A DNA stretch of 64,000 nucleotides from Podarcis erhardii (lineage: Eukaryota): NCBI GenBank assembly GCA_964252035.1, contig OZ176200.1. One strand, written 5' to 3'. This document shows positions 1-12,656 of the stretch, one piece after another; within the stretch, counting starts at the first letter, position 1; each line of letters begins with the position of its first letter. The position numbers and the translations under genes are program-made. The notes under the pieces are model-generated. The model saw only the letters and a list, made by a program, of their open reading frames with translations, did not search any database and was not told the origin of the DNA.

Positions 1-1072
1 TTTCATTTTGTGCCTGCTGCTTCTGTGTGTTTGTGTTTGTGTGTGCACATGCTTGTGCTTAGGTAATGTTCTGTAGGAAAGAAATTGGGCTTCCAGTTGG
101 CAGGTTAGAACTTCGAAGCAGTTACGGAAGTGCTTGCTGTTTGCAGATAGGAGCCCTATGACTTCACACTCTTCCATTAGGCCATCTTCCGTTCCTGAAG
201 TCAATTCTTGGCTTATTGCCAGATAGAAGTCACTTTTCCCCCCTAAATGAAAGCATTCCATATTGTGGTGCAGCCAGTTCCAGGAAACCTCACAGGAGAC
301 CTAAGAAAAAGGCAAAACGTTTCTCCATGAGAAAGAAAGGATCCTCCAGTATGAGCTGGAACTCATGTTGAAACAATCCTATATCCCAAATTGCTTTGTT
401 TTCTGTGCAATTAAACATTGCCATTTTAAAAAAAAAATTATGTTTCATGAGCCCACTTCATGCATGCTTAAAATCCCTACATGGAGCAGTCCTGAAACCT
501 CAGCTGCAAAGAGAAAGTTATGTGTGATCTAATGAGACCACATAGTTTTCCATTGATGACTACATAAGCACAAGAGTATAATAAAAATTGTTGTTATTGT
601 TGTTACGTAATAATGTATTAGATGCCATGGTTTTAAGTCATGGCTTCTTAAAATGATTAAAAACAAATAAACAGCATAATCACAGTCATGATAACAGCAG
701 TAAAAGTACTTTAGATCAATAGATCACAGCCCACTATTTTAATGTAAGACTATAAATTGAAGTTTGTCATCTATAAAATCACCTTTTTAAAAGCAGTCCT
801 GAACAAAGACCTTTTTAAGAACCCAGGTGGAGGGCTCATCATTTATCTGGGGGTGGGTGGGAGAATAATCCATAGTTGTGGGGCTGGCTCAGAAAAGGTC
901 TCATCTGCTGTACCAGCCAGCCTGACCTCCCTTCCTGGTGGGCACATGAACAGAGCTGTGGTGGCTGATCTCAAATCCTTGACAGGTTACAGTATAGCCC
1001 ACAGGTGCTCCTTTGATTTACTTGGCCCCAGATGTTTCAGGAGGACTTTAATGGTCACTATTAGGGCATATA

Positions 1073-1426
1073 AGGGATGCGGGTGGCGCTGTGGGTTAAA
1101 CCACAGAGCCTAGGACTTGCTGATCAGAAGGTCAGCGGTTTGAATCCCTGCAACGGGGTGAGCTCCCGTTGCTCGGTCCCTGCTCCTGCCAACCTAGCAG
1201 TTCGAAAGCACGTCAAAGTGCAAGTAGATAAATAGGTACCGCTCTGGTGGGAAGGTAAACGGCGTTTCCGTGCACTGCTCTGGTTCGCCAGAAGTGGCTT
1301 AGTCATGCTGGCCACATGACCCGGAAGCTGTATGCCGGCTCCCTCGGCCAATAAAGCGAGATGAGCGCCGCAAACCCAGAGTCGGCCACGACTGGACCTA
1401 ATGGTCAGGGGTCCCTTTACCTTTAC
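1073..1426 (+). mobile_element. Sauria SINE (Squam1-type), full length
   Basis: tRNA-like head GGG...GGTGGCGCTGTGGGTTAAACC, typical body and (ACCTTT)n tail. Perfect 15-bp TSD ctattagggcatata at 1058-1072 and 1427-1441. Confidence 0.95.
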
Positions 1427-1730
1427 CTATTAGGGCATATAGGCAGACAGTGCAGCTGAGGCAGAGTAGGTGGGTCCTCTGTGCCCACATGAACTGTCAC
1501 CAGTGTCTTGACTATAATAGTATAATAGACTATAAGAATATAATAGATTGCCCAAAGAAGTTGGGGAAAACCTGTTGCTGCATAATCCCATGACTGAGGA
1601 GATCAAATATCTCCTCAAAACATTGCTGCCTTACCTTGCAAACCACCTGCAGCATAAGGTTCATTTCTAGATCTGTCTATACAATTCCTTAGTGCCCGTG
1701 ATGCTAGTGAAAATTAGATGGACCTTCCGC

Positions 1731-1830
1731 TTGTTTGTTTGTTTGTTTGTTTGTTTATTCATTCATCCATCCATTTAACATGATTTATATATCGTTTAAT
1801 GTGAGAAACCTCCAAGTGGTTTATACAAAA
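1731..1830 (-). repeat. (GTTT)n microsatellite running into a degraded LINE (L2-like) 3' tail
   Basis: gtttgtttgttt...ttattcattc...tttatatatcg...ccaagtggtttat. Confidence 0.45.
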
Positions 1831-3316
1831 CAGTCGTATGGTGAGCAAAAGTGTAAAATGCTCTCCTCCACAAACACACACATTTCTTAAAAGCATTCCC
1901 AGTGCTATTCATAGCCATGTTTCTTTTCACTAGTTTGATATAATTTATTTTATTTTATTTAGTTAGGTTCTCTTTTCTGAAGTGACCCCATCCTGTCAAG
2001 CACCACTATTAGTGAGTGCCATGATGTCACAATGCCATATAGCCAACCAGGCTTGCCTAATTCCAACTGAATTGAGAGAGAAGGCAGTGCTTCCAGCATT
2101 GCATGACCCTCACTCTTAATGGGCATTTGTGGAGAAGGCAGAACATGGCAACCACTTAAATGGGTATGAAGAGGAAGGTAAATTCCTGCACCTCCGACAC
2201 TACAAACACTTTCCCTCCCTTTCCAGCTCCCTCTCTCATCACTGAAAGGAGGAGAAGAGGTGCCGATTATAGATTAAAGTGTTAGTGAGAAGTGCCCCCT
2301 CCATTTTAATTTGGCTCTGGCCTTCAAAACATCTTAATCAAAAGCAGAATGAAACATTAGCGGGAGAGCTCTTTTTATCCCCATCAAGACCATTTGTTTT
2401 ATTTTGGACTGTAAAGTGAACACAATGCTTTTTTTAGTTGGTGGAATCAGGTTGTTGTTGTTTTGCTGTTTAAAAAAGCATTGTTGCTTGAATTAAGGTT
2501 TAATGCCAGATGAATTTCCATGTTCCTCTGAGCACACAAACTTTGGCTACTTTTGCTTTTACAGTAAAATTCCAAACCTATAGAATGGAAGCTGGTGGTT
2601 GGCTTCCCTCTTATGAGAAGGTTGCATGTTCTGAGCCTTTGGTTGAAGGATCCAGCCTTGGTGCTACGTCAGGGTTATACAACATCAGGGCTGTACAATA
2701 GGTGACTCACCAAACCTAACACAACCCATCAGCTGCATATTGGGGCCTGCCTGTGCCTAAAAGCCCCCCCGCCCCCCCGGTCATGCAGCAAAGATAGGAT
2801 TATTGAAGTCCTTTGTCTCGGTGGGTCACAACTTGTGCAGACTTGACTAGAGGATATTCTGGTCTCTGCCTTTTCATGGTGTCCCAACCATTCTCAACTT
2901 GCTTACCTCTTGCTAAAGAGGTTTCATGTATCCTGGGATCAATACAGGTACATTTGCTACAAAACATGCTGTGTTTTGTAATAGCAAGTCGAGAAGAAAA
3001 TAGTCAGCAAATGTGTTTTACTCCAGTAGCCGCCAGCACTTCTCTGGCTGCGATTAGGTCCTGTGGGAGCAGAACATGGCAGGGGCTGTGCTACCATCAG
3101 AGAGACACGCTGGCGTCTCTTGCCTTCAGAGGCCTGGAGGGCACAGGATGTGATAATGCTTGGCAGCTGGTTGGCAGGGTCGCAGTGTCCCTTCTCATTG
3201 TAGCTAAATGCAGACGACCAGCCCAGGTATTGTTTATGTCTTAATTGGAACACATAAGCTTTTGCAGCATAACAGTTATTGATTTTCCTGTCTCCCTTCT
3301 CTCTTCCTCCATGCAG

Positions 3317-5053
3317 AGGTTGGTCACACCCAAGGGCCTCTGGATGGCAGCCTATATGCCAAGGTGAAGAAGAAAGACTCGCTTCACGGCAGCACCGGCA
3401 CCGTCAACACCAACCGCATCACGCTCTCGGCTGCCCCCAACCACATTGAGCACACACTCTCTGTTAGTAGTGATTCAGGCAACTCCACCGCCTCCACCAA
3501 GACAGACAAGACTGACGAGCAGGCAGTGCCCACAGTCCCCGGCAGCAGCGGAGGAAGCAACCCTATACTAACCCCAGAGGAGAAGCGGGAGCTTGACAGC
3601 TTGCTCAGCGGCTTTGGCTTGGAGAACGAGGCCGCCATGCATAACCACAACCCCAGAGGGGGAGCAGTGGTTTCTTCCACCACCTCAGGCCGCCACATCG
3701 TTCCAGCTCAGGTGCATGTCAACGGGGAAGCTGCCAGCTTGGTGGCCGAGAGGGAAACAGACATTTTGGATGACGAGTTGCCCAACCAGGATGGGCACAG
3801 CGTGGGGAGCCTGGGCACTCTCTCGTCATTTGATGGCACCACCAACACCAGTGACATGGGCTACCACGAGGCCCCTCGGATGGAGAGCCTCAACTCCTTG
3901 CCCAATGGGTCGTCCAACTTCAACGGCATAGACAAGCTGCATGATTCAGAGACAGTGATCAATGGTGGCTACCCCTACAACAACCAGAACACCTTGCGGA
4001 GCATGATGGGACGTCACCCCCAGGACCCGTATGGGCACATCCGTCCTTCAGTGTCTGCCCAGGAGAATTTGGCCGACTACTACCAGCATGGCTTCCCCAC
4101 TCCTGGCTGGTTGCAACCCCAACCGCCAGCTGCCAGCCAGCAGTACCCTTACGGCTACGATCCAAATGGCATATACCGCTCGCAGTCCTTCCCCACAGCG
4201 ACTGCTGAGAGCCCCCAGCTGCCCCAGGCACCAGCCCGGAGCACGAGTAGCCGGGAAGCTGTCCAGAGGGGACTTAACTCTTGGCAGCAGCAAAGTGGAG
4301 GCAGCAGACCACCTTCCCGCCAACAGGATGGTGCCCGAGACAGCCAAAGTCCCAGTGTTTCCAGTGCAAGCCCTCAGCCCAGCCCTTCCCAAGCAGCACC
4401 CCCTCAAAGCATCAGCATCCCTGAATTCCCCAGGGTGGCCTCCCAGAAGGAAATAGAGCAGTCCATTGAGGCCCTCAACATGCTCATGCTTGACCTGGAC
4501 CCTTCTGTCTCCATGATGCACAAGTCCCAGAGTGTCCCGGTGTCTTCCAGAGAAGATAAACCACGCCCGGTGGCTCTCTCAGTATCTGCCCAGCCTGTGA
4601 CTGGTCCTCAAGTGGTGCAGCCAAAGTCTACCAATCCTTTTGGCCCTATTCCAGGAAGCCCTTCCCACAACTCCATGGGCATCTCTGTGTCCCAGCTGCC
4701 TGACCACCAGGCGCCTAAAGCTCATCCCACAAAGCTATTGCTCCACAATGCTGCAGAGCCAGAGTACCCCACGCAGGATGACCAGGAGGCTTATTTGTCC
4801 TATGGCTATCCAAACCAGCAAGCCAGGAGCTATGGCCAGGCTACAGGAAGCCCTCCCACATCTCCCAGGCCTCACGCAATGGCATATAAGCTCATGGAAG
4901 CTCAGCATCCCCTGCTGACGTCGCCCCCATCCCCTGGGATGACAATTCAAGCCCAGGTACCAATAAAGAATGCGGAGAACAGTGAGGAACCTTCTCGTCC
5001 CACAGAGGAAGAGCCTTTGCATCTTGAAGGTCTGGTGGCCCACAGGGTAGCAG
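3317..5053 (+). CDS. TNS1: TNS1 large middle exon (1737 nt, phase 1-1): [16 protein letters not shown]...EGLVAHRVA
   Basis: Acceptor ctccatgcag|AG at 3316/3317, donor GCAG|gtagga at 5053/5054, same frame as ORF 3364-5133. Confidence 0.95.
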
Positions 5054-6376
5054 GTAGGAAGCCTTATTCTCTGTTTTCTTATGAGTCAGGGGTTTTTATC
5101 CTTAGGGCTCAGAAGTCCCCCACCCCCACATAATCTTTTAGGGCTGGTAGGAGAAGAATGCTGCTCCAGGGCCCCGGATTGTTTCATGTGGCTTAGTCCA
5201 AAATAGAATGGATAAACTGAACTGTTCCCACAGCAATCCTGGGGGTGGTGTGCCTGGTAGGAGGGCTCTCGCAACCACACTTGCAAACAACATGCAAATG
5301 CTGTAGGATCTATCTATGCAAGGGGTGGGTGGGTTTTTTTGGGGTAAACATGCCAGGGGTGGATGGCTTTTTGGGGAGGTAAACATGCCATACTAAGGCA
5401 TGTTATACCTTTAAAGCACATTCTTTCCCTCAAATAATTCTGTGCACTGAAGGTGGTTAAGAGTTGCTAGGAAGTGTAACTCTTTAGTGCAACTGCTACA
5501 CCCCATTCCAGATTATTTAACAAGAAGCATTTACCCTACTGTGAGGGGTAAACTGGTACCCAGAAATCTTTGGGGGGAAAGAATGTGCTTTAAATATATA
5601 GTGTGCACATAGCCTTAGACACAAAGTATTTGTTAGTGCAAGTCTAGTGTGCAATATAGTCCTTATATAAAGTGTGTCATGCCCACGCACGGCCGTAGTT
5701 GTCTTACCAGCTGAAGCTGGTAAAAGGCACTCCTAGCTGCCAGGGCAATTTGTGCCTCAAGTGACAGCCCTAGATCTCAGCCTCTCTCCCTGTTCCTTCA
5801 GAAGGTGCAGGGAGGCTTCCCTTCATCCTCTGCAAGAGAATGATTGTTGCTCTGGGGCAATTGAATGCACTTGTCTAGATTTAGATGCGTCTCCCTGAGT
5901 CCTGGTGGCTAATGCGAGGTTTCTGCAGAGCTAACTGCAAACCTACAGCTTGGAACAGATGAAAGCCATCATGCCTGATTTGTAACTTACTGGTATTTGG
6001 CATTAAGGCATGGGATGCAACATGCATGGCAGGGTTGGAACTTAGGAATGAATTGCTCAGCAACTGCTGGGGAGATGGCTGTAAACAAGGCAGGGCTCTG
6101 ACTTGATTTTATGCTCACTGAATGAGCGGCACAAGAGCCTTTAATGATTCTGCTGCGAGATGTTGAGTCAGGAAGGAAATGTCCACCACACCCACAAAAG
6201 GGTAATATTCCATAGCCTTTGGCGCTTCTTTCATGCCCTTCCTCTGAAGCCCAGTGCTCTGCCAGTCTTGGACAGGACTCTGTGTTCTCGGCACCAAGAG
6301 AGCTGAAATTTACTCAGAACAAATTATGCACTTTTGCTTAAATGGGTGGGATTCATACAGTTCCTTCTGTGTATGG

Positions 6377-6418
6377 CTTTTGCAAGATTCAGGGCAATCT
6401 TTTGCAAGATTCAGGGCA
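6377..6418. repeat. Local tandem duplication, 20-bp unit, period 22
   Basis: cttttgcaagattcagggca at 6377-6396 and 6399-6418. Confidence 0.9.
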
Positions 6419-7108
6419 GTAATAAAAGGCAAGAAATGAGGGGAAGGCATGGAATGAAGAGGGCGGAGCAAGTGGAATTAGTCCTGGAAGCCACATGGGG
6501 AGGCATAGGTGGGACACGCAATCATCATTCTTTGGGCCTAGGGGCCCAGTAGACATGACTGATATAGGAGCTTCATGCTTGGAGCTCCTAACACCTTAAT
6601 ATTTTGGAAAAAGTCAACACAGGGAAGGGGGCAATTTAAATTGAGATGATGCCATGGGGAAAATGAGGCAGTTTAACTCTTTGCCTTCTCCACATCCCCA
6701 ATCCAAATTAGCCCTCCCCCAAAGTTGTTTTAATCCTCTGAGAGGAAAATATACAGGCTTTTTAAACCTGCGGGTTTTCCTCTCGGTACTTAGTAAGCCA
6801 AATCCAAATCAGCCCTCCATTCCCCTCTGGTCACTTTTTCAGAAAGAAAAAGGGTAGCAGCAGCTCCAAGCATGGAGCTCCCCTGTAACATCTGTTTGAC
6901 CCATCCCTTCAAGCAGACATTGCTTGACTTTTGGGGAGAAACCTTTCTCTAAGACCCCGAGGGATAGAAGCTTGTTATTTGAAAATAATCATAATAATCA
7001 TAGACATATTTTTTCTTTTTAAGCTGAGATTCTAGATTCTACCTCATGTTGTGTTTAAGTATGAAGAGCGCACATACACACATGCCCTTGTCTTGGGAAC
7101 TTTCAGGC

Positions 7109-7180
7109 TCTTCTGATGTGTACAGCTGAGTCACTTTTTAAATGATCTTCTGATGTGTACAGCTGAGTCTCTTTTTTAAT
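7109..7180. repeat. Tandem duplication, period 37
   Basis: tcttctgatgtgtacagctgagtc... starts at both 7109 and 7146. Confidence 0.9.
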
Positions 7181-8134
7181 GGGTTCTAACTGGTTGTCCC
7201 AGAATGGAGTCTTTCCTCCATGTAATTCCCTTGGACATCCTCACTAATTCTCCACAGGGCACACTGTAGACCGGGTTGCCCAAGCATGAATTATGGGCAG
7301 TGATGGGAGAGGGGGCACACTTTGCAAAATGATCAGTCTTTGGGACTGAGGCATTTGGGCTTCTTGATAAAAACAACATACAGTGTTGCTTAAGGACTCC
7401 TGTGATGTCTTGTATCCGGTATGCAGCCTCAGCCCTGGCAGCTACTGGGATTGTAATTACACATAAAAGTTTTTAATTGCAGGGCTCCTCAGAAATGTCC
7501 TGGACATAATCCAGCCTGCAATGCCAGGCTCAGCTGCTGGGCTCTGTCCAGTTCAGCTCCTGGACCACAGGCATTAAAAGCATTTGGCCAAAGGGAAATG
7601 GCTTGGTTCTGGGATAAGGAGGGCTGGAGGATGGGAAACCAAGCTGGAGGCTGAGTCACTGTGGCATCTTAGGGTGTATACAGAGGTACACATAGCGTGA
7701 GGAGCAAACCTGCTATAGAAATGCACTCACCACATTTTCTTTAGATGTACAATTTTCTTTTCCAGACTGGGCTCAGGGGAAATGAGTTCTTTGTGTCCAT
7801 AGCAGAAGCTAGCTGTTAACAGCTCTGGTTTTCTGGAAGTTGGTGACATCATGTTTCCCATCCTCGCCAAACTTGCTTTTCAGCATTGTGCAAAATTGAT
7901 TCCCTCTTTACTTATTTGTTTCTAAAATCTACACCTAGTGCTTTACAAGTAATACGAGAAAACAGGAAGACCACTTGAAGTGCAGAGGGGAGCACAAAGC
8001 AGACTGATGAATCAGTGTTTGATTTGATGTCCATTTTACTTTGCGTTGCAAAGGCAGGGGGCAGCTGGGCTCAACCAGCGGTAAAGCAGTAACAACACAC
8101 AGCAGTGTGTGAGTTGAACCTCGGAGCCCTGCTG

Positions 8135-8210
8135 GGTCATACCAATGAATGGCCCATCTAGATCAGCATCCTGCTTCCCACAGTGGTCATCCAAATGCTT
8201 CTGGGAAGTT
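8135..8210 (-). mobile_element. Degraded CR1 LINE 3' fragment
   Basis: atggcccatctagatcagcatcctgcttcccacagtgg resembles the copy at 29546. Confidence 0.55.
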
Positions 8211-9786
8211 CACAAGCCACTGTATTTGCCATTTACACTGAGCTGCCTCCCTCCCCCATGGCCATGCATGCACCCACACACTTCCATCACGTGGAGATGC
8301 TGATGCAGATGGAAGAGGAATAGATTTTTACCCCATTGCATTACTACATAGCAACACTCTGGTAGGGAGAGAAAAGGTATGGTGGATGGGCATATGTGAA
8401 TCAGAACCATGGGAGGAAACTGGTGCAGAATTTCCTGCTTACAGTGGCGTTTTCCAAATCACCTGTTCCTGATTTGGGGGGACATGGCAGCCTTTCCGAG
8501 TGTTGTTATACTGTGGCAACCTTCTATCTGAGCTGCACATGGACCAGTGTATAATCCCAAGGGACACTATGTCCTGAGATCCTGGGGAAAGAATAGCTGC
8601 TGTGGAAGCAAGAGCCTGCACTCTAGGTTCACAGTAATAAGTGCCCCATGATCACAGAACATGGAGTGAAGCAAGAGATCTGGATGGTGCTAGAGAGAGA
8701 GGAGGAGGAGAGGAGGGGAGGGAATAGAACTGGCTAGAACAAGCTGTGAGAGAGGGGTTGAGAGAGAGAGAGAGAGCTCAGGGGCCAGCATGTTATTTAC
8801 AATGCATGCTACTATAAATTGCCTGTTTGTTCCAAGGTGAGTATGTGTGGAATTTCACAGATCATCATCCTCCCTGGTTCTCGCTATCATGAGAACTCAG
8901 ATTTCCTATGCAGCAGGGTGGGAGCAGCCTGTAATGATTAAGGCAAAAGGCCTCTGGGAGGACACCCTTCCCAGGGAAAGCTCACCACCATCACCACCAC
9001 CGCCCTCAACTGCTGCAAATCCTGCCTGGCGCAGAGACTCAGGGACCTGAAATGGAAGCTCTGAAACAATTAGCATGAGCCAGCTGAGTCAGAGATGCCT
9101 CCACAAGTTTTCCATTACTGTTTGTGTGTTTTGTTTACCCACTCTTGGAAATCCCTGTTCAAGTGGCAAGACAGGGGTGTTCCAGGGCTGCCAGCTACAT
9201 CTGTGCCCTGGTGCTGTGCAGGTGCATCGGTAGGAGGGCAGGAGTGGTTCTGCCAGTGCACCCCACATTCTTGCAATATTTCAATTTCTACAGTCATTAT
9301 CCTGCTGATTCTGCACATTAGATGAAGGAATGTTTCCTCCAGTTTCCCGACTGATAACTGAATTATAGAAACAGTATACAGGGTAGATATGATTCTCATA
9401 TGATTTTCTAGCTCCTCTTGAATCCAAAGAAAGCCAGGGAACTACATGGGATTTATTACCCCACAAAACATATTCCTGAGGTCAACCTCTTCACCCAAGA
9501 TCTCATGAAGAGGCTGGTAATTGACTTGGTTCAATGGTATCTCGTATTCTGATGTTGACCCAGCTTCACCCCAGATCACATTGTATTCAAGCCTGGGGTG
9601 TATTTCCAACTAATATTTTTTCTTGTATTTTCCCTCCCCTTTCTCCTTTGTCTGTTTGTGATGTTTGTTCTGTCTCTGACTACACACTCTCTTTCTCACT
9701 CTCCGTGATGGATTTTGTTTCATCCTTGGTTGACCTTCTCCTGCTGCTCTATTCCTACCCACCCTACCTCCGTCTCCCCCTGTCAG

Positions 9787-9873
9787 AGTACAACGCCAAA
9801 CTCCGGGACATCCGGAAGAGCATGAAAAGCCCCCATCCTCCTCTTCACCGACAGCGATCCTTCTCCTTTTCTG
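9787..9873 (+). CDS. TNS1: TNS1 probable cassette exon (87 nt, phase 1-1): EYNAKLRDIRKSMKSPHPPLHRQRSFSFS
   Basis: Acceptor cccctgtcag| after a ~190-nt AG-free pyrimidine tract, donor CTG|gtttgt, symmetric and in frame. Resembles an alternative EYNA...SFSG exon I recall from other vertebrate TNS1 isoforms. Confidence 0.75.
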
Positions 9874-12324
9874 GTTTGTTCTGTTGCTGCTTCTCCTCCT
9901 TTCTCTTCAGCCTCCTCTGCCGTGGATCTCCTGCATGGTTGCTGTTTCCCTTGCTGTTGCATGGACACCAGGACAGAGAGCTGGGGTGGCTGTTGAGAGT
10001 CCATTCCAAAATGGCACCAGAAAAAAATCAAAATGGTGCCAGAGTAAGGTTGTCTCCTAATTTGTGTGCGGAAAGGCAAGAAAACGTGATTTCCTGCTTC
10101 CCTCCCACATTAGAGATTACCTCCAATACTGCCAGGTCCTTTCCTCACATGTGACAGCTGTGCATTCCCAGTGGATAAAAAATGTGTCCGTTGGGAATTC
10201 TGGGAAGGATCTGACCTGGTTTTGGGGCCTGTCAGGTTTGGACTCTACAGCCTTGCTCTAACTCCAAAAGCTCCTTACATATTTATCTTTTAATCATTGG
10301 TTGTGCTTCCTCCTCCTTTTCCCTTGCAGTGTGTGGATTCATTTGCTACGTGTGGTGCTCATCTGTGGTATAACCAGAAGTCACTTGCAAAAGGATTGGG
10401 GGAGGGGGCTTGTTTATCTCAGTGGCCACCACACTCACTGCTGCTTTGTTGTTGGTGCTATGTCAGGTGTCTCCATAACATCAAGGGGAGGTTTTTGCAT
10501 GGGTGGAAGTTGGGGCAGAAAGGAAGGCCAGAATCCAGGAATGGGATGATCACTCACTGTAGTGCTTGGCCAGCACACCAAGGTTTATTTAGGGGCTATG
10601 TGTGTTGTACAGGCATCGCTGGGGTGTTTTACTTCAGATCTTTCTGCTGTGGCTGGCAATATTGACTGGAACCAGGAGAGGGGCTTCTAGCATGGCTAGC
10701 AGAAGGGGTGAAGTGTTTGTGTGTGTGTGTGAATTCTTGGAATCTTACTCAGCAGGTTGCTCTGGAGAAAGGAGCCTCTTTATGGATTTCAAACACGTGG
10801 TTGTTCCAAAGCATCTCTCTTGCATGTTTGGTATTTATGGAACATGAGGTCTTGGAGCCAGAAGAGGAGAGACGAGTTTTCACCGGAACCTCATATTCAG
10901 CAAGGGCTCCTGGGTGCTTGTTTTGTTTTGTTTTCTGATCTCTTTCATTGGTGCAGGTAGCCTCAGTATATCAGAGTTAACAGCCATTTCCACAGTGGCC
11001 TTAGGACTACTTCTGAAATCATTGCAGATGTGTGACATCTCTATACCCCTGCAAAAAAAGGATGGGTTGCCATTCCAACAGAAGATGCTGTTTTTTATTA
11101 TTATTCTATGTGTTTCATTTGCCCCAATACAGGATACTTGGCTCTTCTGAATCCACCCACCTCTCTCCCTACAGGTTTGGAATTTGTACTCCTGTTAAAT
11201 TTCACAGTGCTTTAGTTGACTTGGTCACTGCCTTTTGCCACCCCCCACCCTGGCCCCCAAGAAAATATCCCATAGACATTGCCTCTTGTGCTCACACTGC
11301 TTCAGGATTAATGCAGCAGCATGGTGTATGCTTGATATCCTGTCACTCTGGCTTATAGTCCCCACTTGAAACGGTGACCTCTGGTCTATGCATACAATGC
11401 CCAAATTCTAATGGAATGTCACATTCAAAAGAGAGCAGCAGACTAGAAGGATGGGCTCCTGTGCACACAATCACTGCTTTGGGGTTGTGTGGGATCCTCA
11501 TGCTCACTTGCTTTATATAATGTTCCTACAGGAACGTAAAGTTGAAAGAGGTATTTATTTGTTTAGTTTAAATGAGAGAAATTACTAATATTGTTGGGGA
11601 CTTCCTAGAGACATGCTCTGGGCTGTCCTTGTAATAGGCCCAGATGACATTCCACAAGTCTATTCTGATAAACCATGGTTTATTGCATTGAGAGCAAGCT
11701 GTGTGTTCTTACACTCCCTTCTCTCCTCCCTTCTTCTGTCCTCGTGCACCCAACTTTAGTGCTTCTACCCTGGCTTGTCACTTTTCTGTGACATAAGAAC
11801 CAGTTTTGTGTGCAGATGTTAAACTGAAGATATCACGGGAAACTGTGGAGTGTGAGGCCACGCAGCTCATTCTCAAGCCAATAAACAATGGTTTACCAGG
11901 CCAAGATTGCTATCTCTGAACTTAGGCTATAAAGTTCCTCTGGATGTTAATCTATTAATAAGAAACCAGACTCTAAACTATTTTAATGAAAGAATGTTTC
12001 CTATGTTCAGAAGAGTGGGCTTGTGAATTAAACCTCTGTGTTCTCATTTCTTGTGAATAATCTTTCAGTTTGAGAGTGGAGGAGTTGCTGTTGGAATATT
12101 CCTTTGGCATCTCCTCCAAAATGCCAGAGGAAGTTTTGATACAAGTATTGCCCACACAAAAGGAAAGATACAAATTGAAAAATAAAATATGCTGTCTGAA
12201 TCCTTGCAGAGTCAAGTAATATAACATAAGTTTCACTCAGTCATTGTTATTAGCCATGGTACAGCTACCTGGAAATGTCTAGAGGCAGCCTACGGCTGAA
12301 TACCAGTTGTTGGGGGACCAAGAG

Positions 12325-12448
12325 TAGGGGAGAGCTGCTACCTTCATGTCCTGCCTGGTGGCTTCCCAAAAGCACCTGCCTGACTCCTATTGCAAACAAT
12401 CAGTTAGATGGACCCTTGGCTAATGTAGCAGTGCTGTTCTTATGTACT
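12325..12448 (+). mobile_element. Degraded CR1 LINE 3' end
   Basis: ...agttagatggacccttggctaatgtagcagtgctgttcttatgt, a CR1-type tail. Confidence 0.5.
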
Positions 12449-12656
12449 ATAGTACATCAACTGACTATGCTTTCTTTGCAGTTGAATGGTAAAAAGAAAG
12501 TAAGGTATGGTTTTCCCCGGGCCATTGGGTGTAATAGTGTGCAGTTTACCCAGAATGCTTAATTAAGCATCAGAAGGAACTTGCCATGCATTCAAATAGC
12601 AAAGCTATGAATTGACTTACATTTACATGTCTATAAATGCATATGTGAGTGTATGC

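Noticed and set aside
3384-5043. Overlapping and antisense ORFs (100-157 aa) within the large exon
   Set aside because: Shadow ORFs of a GC-rich coding exon, with no recognisable motifs.
5054-5133. ORF-track extension GRKPYSLF...PTPT as the protein end (likewise 38928-39118)
   Set aside because: Read-through past strong donor sites into introns; homology stops exactly at the donors.
9534-10154. 206-aa ORF as an independent membrane-protein gene
   Set aside because: The L/F/S-rich parts are translated polypyrimidine tract. Only 9787-9873 has exon boundaries.
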